NCBI GenBank assembly: GCA_030141605.1 | Contig: JAQGDQ010000649.1 | Location: 1-27,352 of the forward strand | Direction of reading: 5' to 3' | Source: Tubiluchus corallicola | Lineage: Eukaryota > Animalia > Priapulida | DNA: 27,352 nt | Translations under genes and position numbers: made by a program | Notes under the pieces: generated by a model | The model's database searches: none | What the model saw: only the letters and a program-made list of their open reading frames with translations | Told to the model about the DNA's origin: nothing | Shown: piece by piece, positions 10,559 through 22,200 of the stretch | How the letters are laid out: each line of letters begins with the position of its first letter | Position numbering within the stretch: position 1 is the first letter of the stretch

Positions 10559-11962
10559 CAGTTAGAATTTTGGCAAGGAGTAATTGCTGTAAATCTACTT
10601 TACAAAAACATATTTTCTTGATTTCATTTGCCTAAAATGAAATACACAATGCCTTTGCTGGTACAGACGTTTGATCAGTTGTTTGTTCTGACAACAGACA
10701 TATTTATAGCAGTAAGGAAGGCCACAGTAAAACACCACAAAATTACTTCTTCTTATACACATCTTCACTCTCGGAAAATGCCAGTGTTTGTCAATCGCTA
10801 GGTAACTGCGCTACATCAGCTGTATTTCAATGCTAATGGCAAAATGTGACGGAGGAAAATATAAATATATCGGAGGCAGTAACGAAGCACAATTCGTATA
10901 ATTTTGTTAATTAATTTTCTATTGTATTCGTGTAAATAACATGTAAATAAAGTTTCTTCTGAGTGCAGGCCTATAGGTGTAGAAAATGCTTTCATAACAA
11001 AGCATCTTAATGTATGCAAAAGCATTTGCAAAAGCATTAATAAATGAAACTTTACAAGTCAATTCTGCATCGTGTTTCTTATGTTTAATGCACATGGTTT
11101 AGTGATAATGTTTTAATGCACACTAATGCACTATATGTATCATATAGGTGTTTTATTAGTAAATATGTTGATATGTAAAAGCGTTAAGACAGCACAAGCC
11201 TAAATGCCACCCCAGACAACTTGCCACATTGTACAGCTGAAATCTTTAGGCCAAAAAAACAAAAACTAGAACATCCAATACAACTTGTTTTATTGTAAAA
11301 TAACAAGACGCTTTCTAGGAAAAATACAACAATTTCCTGCTTTCACGAAGCATGTTTATGAAACCTAAAATAATTCACCTTTGTTTTCATGATAACTGAG
11401 CTTAAACAAACTTACAACTTGGCGTTTAAATTGATAAAATCAAACAGCTTTTGCCTAGATTATCTCGTGTCAAAAAAAGAATAAAAAGCTATGTACAACT
11501 CAAAAAATTCATTACTTAACAATGTGAAAATCCTCCATTCAAGGAACCAGCTGTGGATGCCTCGTTTAGTTTCAGTGGTTAAAAGCATAAGAACATTTCA
11601 AGAAAGACTACGGCAGCTCAATGATTAAACGGCATGCAACTCGGGGGGGGGGGGAATCTCTGCCTTTGTTCTAAATTCTTGTTGAAATTATTTCTGCAAC
11701 ACTTATTCAACAGGGTAATTAGGCCTCTAGCAAAGTAAAAATGTCCAAGGAAATTACACCTAAAACTGTAATTACGACAAACGACTTAGCCTTAGGAAAC
11801 GATTCCTACGTTAACTTAGTTTCATTCACATGTGAAATCTACAGCCATCGATTCATTTAAACAACTCATACTATAAATCACATCTATTTATAAACAGCAC
11901 TCGTAAACAACATTTTTACACAGTATTTTACAAAATACAAAATTACCTATCAGAACACTGTG

Positions 11963-12106
11963 TTACGTTTTCCGTACCCTTCGCTTCACAGTTGCCGATG
12001 CAGGGCCCTCGGAAGGATTATGGGCGGGGCTGTCGGTAGCACCCGCAGGAGGCGCACGAACAAACTCACCAAATGTGCTTCCCAATTGAGAAACAAATGG
12101 CCCGAT
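11963..12106 (-). CDS. Mirror copy of the probable terminal exon of the unidentified gene
   Basis: Reverse complement of 15246-15389. Confidence 0.5.
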   Translation of the reverse strand: MGPFVSQLGSTFGEFVRAPPAGATDSPAHNPSEGPASATVKRRVRKT

Positions 12107-12532
12107 CTGTAAACACCAGAAATGAAGTTTGAAAATTTGCATGTAATTCTCCGTTTTTACTATTTTCAACTTATCCCAAAGAAAACACCATGAAAATTGA
12201 TTTGCCTATCTGCTAATAACAAGAATCATCTGTCTATGTTCTCCTAGAATTATATGAGATTGTATTTAATTGTAATTGAACATACGGGAGGCCTGTGGGA
12301 AGTGGAAGAGAAAGCAAGTATGCTATGCAATCACCATTGTGAAATGCAGGCTGCATGAAGTTAAATTTGTTTAGGGCACAACTAGACATCTTTGCACTCA
12401 AAATGGTGATAATAATATTATGAATCCAAATATATGAAGCCAAGACTATAGAAGCTGTCACTTTTTCTTTGTGCACAAGAATAGAGGCAAAGTGAACAAA
12501 GTTGGAGTAATGCCATCTCACATCTGACTGCC

Positions 12533-14850
12533 ATTTCTCACACGTTCAATAACATGCAATGAAATTATTTCTCACACGTTCAATAACATGCAATGAAATT
12601 ATTTCTCACACATTCAATAACATGCAATGCGATTATTTCTCACACGTTCAATAACATGCAATGCGATTATTTCACACACGTTCAATAACATGCAATGAAA
12701 TTATTTCTCTCACGTTCAATAACATGCAATGAAATTATTTCTCACACGTTCAATAACATGCAATGAAATTATTTCTCACACGTTCAGTAACATGCAATGA
12801 AATTATTTCTCACACGTTCAATAACATGCAATGAAATTATTTCTCACACGTTCAGTAACGTGCAATGAAATTATTTCTCACACGTTCAATAACATGCAAT
12901 AAAATTATTTCTCACACGTTCAATAACGTGTAATAAAATTATTTCTCACACGTTCAATAACATGCAATGAAATTATTTCTCACACGTTCAGTAACATGCA
13001 ATGAAATTACTTCTCACACGTTCAATAACATACAATAAAATTATTTCTCACACGTTCAATAACATGCAATGAAATTATTTCGCACACGTTCAATAACGTG
13101 CAATGAAATTATTTCGCACACGTTCAATAACATACAATAAAATTATTTCTCACACGTTCAATAACATGCAATGCAATTATTTCTCACACGTTCAATAACA
13201 TGCAATAAAATTATTTCTCACACGTTCAATAACGTGCAATGAAATTATTTCTCACATGTTCAGTAACATCCAATGAAATTATTTCTCACACGTTCAGTAA
13301 CATACAATGAAATTATTTCTCACACGTTCAGTAACATGCAATGCAATTATTTCTCACACGTTCAGTAACATACAATGCAATTATTTCTCCCACGTTCAAT
13401 AACGTGCAATGAAATTATTTCTCACACGTTCAATAACATGCAATGAAATTATTTCTCACACGTTCAGTAACATCCAATGAAATTATTTCTCACACGTTCA
13501 GTAACATACAATGAAATTATTTCTCACACGTTCAATAACGTGCAATAAAATTATTTCTCACACGTTCAATAACATGCAATGAAATTATTTCTCACACGTT
13601 CAGTAACATGCAATAAAATTATTTCACACACGTTCAGTAACATGCAATGCAATTATTTCTCACACGTTCAATAACATGCAATGAAATTATTTCACACACG
13701 TTCAGTAACATGCAATGAAATTATTTCACAGTTCAAACATGCAAAAATTATTCACCAGTAAATCAATAATTATTCTCACCGTTCATAACATGCAATGAAA
13801 TTATTTCACACACGTTCAGTAACATGCAATGAAATTATTTCACATGTTCAGTAACATGCAATGAAATTATTTCTCACGCGTTCAGTAACATGCAATAAAA
13901 TTATTTCTCACGCGTTCAGTAACATGCAATGAAATTATTTCTCACACGTTCAATAACATGCAATGAAATTATTTCACACACGTTCAGTAACATGCATTGA
14001 AATTACTTCTCACACGTTCAATAACATACAATAAAATTATTTCTCACACGTTCAATAACATGCAATGAAATTATTTCGCACACGTTCAATAACGTGCAAT
14101 GAAATTATTTCTCACACGTTCAATAACATGCAATGCAATTATTTCTCACACGTTCAATAACATGCAATAAAATTATTTCTCACACGTTCAATAACGTGCA
14201 ATGAAATTATTTCTCACACGTTCAATAACATGCAATGAAATTATTTCTCACACGTTCAGTAACATCCAATGAAATTATTTCTCACACGTTCAGTAACATA
14301 CAATGAAATTATTTCTCACACGTTCAGTAACATGCAATGCAATTATTTCTCACACGTTCAGTAACATACAATGAAATTATTTCTCACACGTTCAATAACG
14401 TGCAATGAAATTATTTCTCACACGTTCAATAACATGCAATGAAATTATTTCTCACACGTTCAGTAACATCCAATGAAATTATTTCTCACACGTTCAGTAA
14501 CATACAATGAAATTATTTCTCACACGTTCAGTAACATGCAATGCAATTATTTCTCACACGTTCAGTAACATATAATGAAATTATTTCTCACACGTTCAGT
14601 AACATGCAATAAAATTATTTCACACACGTTCAGTAACATGCAATGAAATTATTTCTCACACGTTCAATAACATGCAATGAAATTATTTCTCACACGTTCA
14701 ATAACATGCAATGAAATTATTTCACACACGTTCAGTAACATGCAATGAAATTATTTCTCACACGTTCCATAACATGCAATAAAATTATTTCTCACACGTT
14801 CAATAACATGCAATGAAATTATTTCGCATATGTTCAATAACACGCAATTT
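12533..14850 (+). repeat. Central tandem array, 34-bp unit ATTTCTCACACGTTCA(A/G)TAACATGCAATGAAATT, ~69 copies, one orientation only
   Basis: Unit starts fall at 12533, 12567, 12601 and so on. There are 35 full units to 13722, three deletion-riddled units at 13723-13802, two further units, 28 full units at 13869-14820 and a partial last unit. Confidence 0.98.
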
Positions 14851-15245
14851 CACATATATACAAAATGCTGGAATTTTTATTTCTTCGCCACAGTACTAGT
14901 TATATAGTTGAACTTCATATATTTGGATTCATAATATTATTATCACCATTTTGAGTGCAAAGATGTCTAGTTGTGCCCTAAACAAATTTAACTTCATGCA
15001 GCCTGCATTTCACAATGGTGATTGCATAGCATACTTGCTTTCTCTTCCACTTCCCACAGGCCTCCCGTATGTTCAATTACAATTAAATACAATCTCATAT
15101 AATTCTAGGAGAACATAGACAGATGATTCTTGTTATTAGCAGATAGGCAAATCAATTTTCATGGTGTTTTCTTTGGGATAAGTTGAAAATAGTAAAAACG
15201 GAGAATTACATGCAAATTTTCAAACTTCATTTCTGGTGTTTACAG

Positions 15246-15389
15246 ATCGGGCCATTTGTTTCTCAATTGGGAAGCACATTTGGTGAGTTTGTTCGTGCGC
15301 CTCCAGCGGGTGCTACCGACAGCCCCGCCCATAATCCTTCCGAGGGCCCTGCATCGGCAACTGTGAAGCGAAGGGTACGGAAAACGTAA
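15246..15389 (+). CDS. Probable terminal coding exon of an unidentified gene: IGPFVSQLGSTFGEFVRAPPAGATDSPAHNPSEGPASATVKRRVRKT*
   Basis: GC-rich island in AT-rich DNA with acceptor gtgtttacag at 15245, an open frame to TAA and a basic C-terminus. The one arm difference inside it (CCA/CCT, Pro) is synonymous in this frame. An internal donor-like G|GTGAGT at 15283 is an alternative. Confidence 0.5.
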   Translation: MGPFVSQLGSTFGEFVRAPPAGATDSPAHNPSEGPASATVKRRVRKT

Positions 15390-18300
15390 CACAGTGTTCT
15401 GATAGGTAATTTTGTATTTTGTAAAATACTGTGTAAAAATGTTGTTTACGAGTGCTGTTTATAAATAGATGTGATTTATAGTATGAGTTGTTTAAATGAA
15501 TCGATGGCTGTAGATTTCACATGTGAATGAAACTAAGTTAACGTAGGAATCGTTTCCTAAGGCTAAGTCGTTTGTCGTAATTACAGTTTTAGATGTAATT
15601 TCCTTGGACATTTTTACTTTGCTAGAGGCCTAATTACCCTGTTGAATAAGTGTTGCAGAAATAATTTCAACAAGAATTTAGAACAAAGGCAGAGACTCCC
15701 CCCCCCCCGAGTTGCATGCCGTTTAATCATTGAGCTGCCGTAGTCTTTCTTGAAATGTTCTTATGCTTTTAACCACTGAAACTAAACGAGGCATCCACAG
15801 CTGGTTCCTTGAATGGAGGATTTTCACATTGTTAAGTAATGAATTTTTTGAGTTGTACATAGCTTTTTATTCTTTTTTTGACACGAGATAATCTAGGCAA
15901 AAGCTGTTTGATTTTATCAATTTAAACGCCAAGTTGTAAGTTTGTTTAAGCTCAGTTATCATGAAAACAAAGGTGAATTATTTTAGGTTTCATAAACATG
16001 CTTCGTGAAAGCAGGAAATTGTTGTATTTTTCCTAGAAAGCGTCTTGTTATTTTACAATAAAACAAGTTGTATTGGATGTTCTAGTTTTTGTTTTTTTGG
16101 CCTAAAGATTTCAGCTGTACAATGTGGCAAGTTGTCTGGGGTGGCATTTAGGCTTGTGCTGTCTTAACGCTTTTACATATCAACATATTTACTAATAAAA
16201 CACCTATATGATACATATAGTGCATTAGTGTGCATTAAAACATTATCACTAAACCATGTGCATTAAACATAAGAAACACGATGCAGAATTGACTTGTAAA
16301 GTTTCATTTATTAATGCTTTTGCAAATGCTTTTGCATACATTAAGATGCTTTGTTATGAAAGCATTTTCTACACCTATAGGCCTGCACTCAGAAGAAACT
16401 TTATTTACATGTTATTTACACGAATACAATAGAAAATTAATTAACAAAATTATACGAATTGTGCTTCGTTACTGCCTCCGATATATTTATATTTTCCTCC
16501 GTCACATTTTGCCATTAGCATTGAAATACAGCTGATGTAGCGCAGTTACCTAGCGATTGACAAACACTGGCATTTTCCGAGAGTGAAGATGTGTATAAGA
16601 AGAAGTAATTTTGTGGTGTTTTACTGTGGCATTCCTTACTGCTATAAATATGTCTGTTGTCAGAACAAACAGCTGATCAAACGTCTGTACCAGCAAAGGC
16701 ATTGTGTATTTCATTTTAGGCAAATGAAATCAAGAAAATATGTTTTTGTAAAGTAGATTTACAGCAATTACTCCTTGCCAAAATTCTAACTGTTGGACTG
16801 GCAGAAGAAGACCACACTTTGCAGCATCATTTGTAAGCTGCGGAACTGAACCCACAATGCTGTGATTGCGGATAGATATTATAGTCTTGGACGGGCAGAA
16901 GAAAAGCACACTTTGCAGCATCATTTGTAAGCTATGGAACTGAACCCACAATGCTGTGATTGCGGATAGATATTATAGTCCTTATTTACAGACCAACTCT
17001 CTTTAAGTCTAATACATTTTGGCTAATCTCTCCAAATGAATCATAGGGACTCTTGATGAGATGATGCTAAAATGAGGAGGACAATTATGAGATTGGATAT
17101 CAAAATTTGTAGCACGACTAACAGACATCAGTAACACAATAAATATACTGAAGTCGGGACTGCCACCGCAGAGTATGTTCCAAAATCAAGCAAGAAAATT
17201 TGTGAATGTCTGCGACCCAGTCCAGATGACCAGTGGGAAATCTCTTGTTAAGATTCTTAGCCACAAATGTAAATGTTATGTTTAGCCAGTGCATAAAAAT
17301 ACTACATTGCGTAAGCCATCTCACTTAGTTTTGTAGTGCCCCCTCGTAGAACTTTATGAAATGAAAACTCTTCCCTAAGGTGCTGCTTTACAAGCTGTTA
17401 AAGGTAGATGATTGTGCTAGACATTCATTATTAGAGTAATTAGCACTGTGCTCGTCCCGCTTTATCAAAATTCTGTAAAAACTTAGTCAGGCAGTAAACC
17501 GCTTAATGCATATTTTGTGTCATTGCTTCCTGACAGAATTAATCTAATCAGTTCATTCAGTTGACAAAATGTCACGGATGAAAGAAGAGTAACATAGTCA
17601 TAAAACTTGACAAAAAATTTACTACACTTTTGCAGTTTTATGTCACATGGTTAACCACTATTAACTAAAACAACTTTAGTCGACTAGGTGTTAAATTCTC
17701 AATTTATGTAACATCAACTACAAACCTGAAAGATAGGATTGATATCACAATGGAGGTATAGCGATATTTTTAACTTTCTAACTTCTGTTTAACTTAAAAC
17801 ACCAAGAGTTACAGCTGCTTATTTACATCATGGTAGTTGGTTGGGTTTTTTTCATTTGTGTTTATTGCAATCTAAGTAAGAAAAGTGATGAGTCTCCGAC
17901 TGTTTTTGCTAAAGTCGCCCAAGATTAAAGAAAATGAATTGTACCGAAACATTATATGGAGTCCATATAGAAATCTATAAAGTTTGATTAATTTTGAAAA
18001 CTTACATTTTGGTAAACATGAAATAACTAATAATAAACACGAAAGATTTCTCACTGTTCAACACAGTTCATGAAAAGTTTTGTTGAGCCTGTTAGATGTA
18101 CATTTGCCATAGGAACCTCAAGTTGCTGTACTTTTTTCAAATTAACGGATACGTTGAATTCTATAAACATAACTAAAATTGTTATAAGAGTTCCGCTAGC
18201 TCTCTATTCAAAGTCTATATAGTACGTCACCTCTTTAATCACAGATATTAAAACTTTAATTACTAAAAAAATGACTAGGATGTATATTGGATAATGAACA

Positions 18301-18758
18301 CTCAGTTTAATTTCCTAGAGGTTTGATTTTACCTCAGCGGCTAGTCCTATTATCATTAAGTTACTTTCTGTTTCTATTTCCATTTGTGCCACATATCTAG
18401 ATTAAAACTTTTTAATGCATTCTTGCACAATACAGCACGTCTTCCCGTAAATTCTACTACAACAGCCTGTCTACGAAGCAGTGGAAACTCTTAGTAGTTC
18501 AGCTTCTTAGAGAATTAACTGCGATTCTTCACTTTGTTATCCACATATCAGCTGAGAATGCATTAGGTACTGCCATACTCTTATATACTACAGTAACCAA
18601 ATGACCAACATCCTGCCACCTCACTGTATCGAAGCATCGTTGCCATCATCACAGATGCTGGTAATGCTACATATTGGATGGATTTCCATTAAAGCAAGAA
18701 ATTAATTATTCTGTGTGAATTTATGAAAGACTTCAATAATAATCATGTGATTATGCCA

Positions 18759-18970
18759 TTATGGCTGCCTCCATTTAATGTCCCAATATGGCTGCCTCCA
18801 TTCAGTGTCTCAATATGGCTGCCTCCATTCAGTGTCCCAATATGGCTGCCTCCATTTAATGTCCCAATATGGCTGCCTCCATTCAGTGTCTCAATATGGC
18901 TGCCTCCATTCAGTGTCCCAATATGGCTGCCTCCATTCAGTGTCCCAATATGGCTGCCTCCATTCAATGT
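18759..18970 (-). repeat. Mirror copy of the 27-bp minisatellite
   Basis: Reverse complement of 8381-8592 with one substitution (8444/18907). Confidence 0.95.
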
Positions 18971-19293
18971 TACGATATATCCCTGCCTCCAATCAACTTC
19001 CCAATAGGCTGCCCTCTTTTCCGTGCCAAATGTGGGTGTATTCTTTCTTTATGCAGTTGCAGATATGCTCATGTATGACACCATTGTTACTTCATTGCCT
19101 CCTCTTTTAAATACTCAACTAGACTTATCTTCGTTTGTTAATAATGTGAGTTCTCTATTAGTCACGATAACGTGGCTGCCTCAATTCGGACATAAATGTG
19201 GCTGTCTTCATCTAGCATGGTGGTGTGATCGCCTCTGTGCAACATAATGCAAATGACTGTTTTTAGCTAGCTTGGTAATACTGCTGCTTTTGT

Positions 19294-22200
19294 TCAATAC
19301 TTTTCCTGTTTCCATCGATCTCGTTGGTCCTCAATCTGTGTGACCAACCTCAACGACAAGAATATACCTAACAACTAAAAGGGAAAATGGAAATTGATGA
19401 GTGATATATTCTAGTCATAAGTCATAAGTCATTTATTTCACATTACACATTTACAATAGTTTCATGTACAATATCTAGTCAAAGGGTCTACAATGAACAT
19501 AGTACAAATAAGTTTTTATTGTTTCTGCACAAGAAAAGCCTCACACACTGTTCACCTGTATGCAAATGTAATTGTGTTGCCGCCAATCAAAAAACAGGGC
19601 TTGTTAGATTGTCCCACACAGTGAAAGAAAAAAAGTAATGGAAATAATTTGAAAATTTAAAATGAATCGTATGATAAAAAAAACATTAGTGGTTAAAATG
19701 GAATGATGTAATGAATGAAGCTCATATATGAGATGATATAAAAGACAGAAAGACTATTATTTGTTAATAGTATGTAAAATTAAGATAACTTGATTAAGAT
19801 ACCTGGACTGTTTTGCCACTACTGTGAGGATGGACACTGATAGAAATTTAAGTCATATTCTATCATAGTCGCTCCTTTTTGTCATTGTATACATGCATAC
19901 ACACTCAACGATGATAATGATTACATCAGGAATATCTTCAGTATTATAATTTCCTTCTATAGAGGAGTTTTTTGAAAATAAAAGCATTATGAATCACAGA
20001 GAAATGCCACATTGAATAATATTCAAGGCTTACCATTGGCACAATGATTCCAAAAGCAATGCCACCAAACAAAAGAGCGTTTGCTTCCATCCACTGCATG
20101 ATTACTGGATAGCAACCGTCGGTATAAATCCTATCCCGAACTTCTAATTCCTGTTAATATATAACATGTATATTGACTCCATCACATGAGACATTTGCGC
20201 ATTATTGTACTGAGGCTGCAATAGTCTTAACTGTTACCTAGTGTGGCAGGATTCACCTTCATCAAGCTTTATCAAAGTTATGTCAAATCAAAATCAAATC
20301 ATTTATTTTTATCCCAATAACAATACAAAGAAAAATAGGTATAAATAAAAAAGCCAAACAAAAGGGAAGGGGTGGCGAAAAAAATTTGTTATCGAATCAG
20401 CCACCCCAAACCGAGTATTAAATTAGTATTATGCAGTGCTGTAATTACATATTAATACATAAAACATAAAATACATTCTATACATAAAATTTTCTAATTT
20501 TTAACTAAGAAAACGAAAATAAAATTATCAGAAACTAACAAAATTGTTACTATAATATTGACTTAAATATTGATATTTCATTTCAAGTTGAAATAAAAAT
20601 ATGAAAATATAACTGTTTATGATATCATACAAATCATGCTACAGATCAACAAATGCTCACATTATAAAAGCAAATCTATAAATATAAATTATGTGCAAGC
20701 TTAATTGCTAGTTCTAGTGTTTCCTACTCCAAGTCACACGTCAACATAGTAACGCAAAAATGCCTGGACTTATTTATTCTGTTATTTTCTAAACATGTAG
20801 ACATGGCAGCCATGGTTGTGAATTGAAAAAGATTGTAGAGAATTAATTCAATAAAATGCGAGTGTGATGCATAAGTTGATATAACCTCATTGTCATATTA
20901 TGGATATAATTAATCTTTTATTTTAAAATGCTTGTTTACCTAACTATAAACATAAATAATTGTAAATATATTGTTTAAAATAAAAGTTTGTTATTTTAAA
21001 TAAATTTTAGTTACATAAAGAATAGCAAACAGTAATTACATAACTAGTTTTCAGCTTTAAACTTGTGTGTATTATAAAACTCGGCCTGAAAACATGAGAA
21101 ATACAACTTTGGTACCAACCTAAATAAATATTGGTACCAACCAATCAGGAATTACTACTTAAACATCCACAAACAAAAACGTCTAAAATAATGAACAGAA
21201 TCGTTAAAAATGGAACTACTCAAATATCGTAGATTTTCTTACCAGCTTATTAGTTGTGTCAAAGCCGCACATTATATTGATCAGTTGATTCTAGAACAAA
21301 AGTAAATAAATTATTACTAGAAAGTTGATATGCTTCATCTTGTAGATACAAATTGGAATGACCATCAAATTATACCTAGTGTAATGTTCAACAGTTAAGA
21401 AACCAAATAATGAGTTGATCTAATGCTGTTTAACGATTTATTTACAAACATCTAATGTGAGACATTGGCTGGTTTGCTTAATGTAGATGGCCAACATATT
21501 TTTTAACATTTTGATAATTTTACGAGCAGTGATAATAAAAATCTACTAATTTGAGCGTACGTACCTCTGCTTGTCTACAGCACGAATAAGGGACTCCACA
21601 TTTTTCAATACTCAAATTACTGTCAGAGCAGTTAAAGTATCGATTCAAGTTCCAGTCCCGAAAACCATTAGGACTGACGCCACAACACTGAAACTGGAAA
21701 AGAAATTAATGATAATTAGAGCAAGAATTGAATTTAAACCTTTATTTCAGAATCTCTTCCGTATAAAAACAGGAGCTAAAAGCGTACAGAACGTACAAGA
21801 CGTGAAGGGTTGGTTTATACGTAATATATTGAAGATGTAACATACGACAAGGCTTGAAACAGACAGTTTTACAACTGATACATGTTCTCCCCTAGTGGCA
21901 GCGAACGCTAGACAGATGCAGAACAATGGTGACCGCAATGTGCAAAAAATGTTTCAAATTCAAATTCAGTTTATTTTCAAAATGTTCCAATAAATATGAA
22001 CATTACTATATAACGAAGTTAATACTATTTAAAGCGTTTGGTGTTTGAAATAAAAGACTGCACTAAAACAAAAATTTGAGTGTTCACAGAATTATCTAGG
22101 GTATGGTTCCCGTGCAGGAACAAACGTACAAGTTCATTTGATGCAAGACTGTAAACATTGATGTTAAAAGCTGAGAAAAGAGTGCAGAGATTTGTAAATA

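Larger units (their letters stand above)
1..12439 (+). repeat. Left arm of giant (~12.44 kb) inverted repeat
   Basis: The window starts TATTAAATGTGTCATCTTAAAACG and ends with its exact reverse complement. ORFs are mirrored with coordinate sums 27353/27351/27352. Identity stops after ...AAATATATGAAG at 12439. Confidence 0.99.

Noticed and set aside
9297-11037. Short ORFs 9297-9479, 10027-10233, 10400-10621, 10816-11037 and their mirrors
   Set aside because: They are 60-73 aa with no recognisable motifs and several have non-ATG starts. They appear twice only because of the palindrome.
12533-14850. CRISPR array (34-bp partly palindromic repeats)
   Set aside because: Units are directly head-to-tail with no unique spacers, there are no cas genes, and the context is eukaryotic intron-exon DNA.
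16765-16836. Possible exon QLLLAKILTVGLAEEDHTLQHHL* after tttacag
   Set aside because: The acceptor is weak, the segment overlaps the 94-bp duplication, it lies downstream of a better terminal-exon candidate, and it has no recognisable homology.
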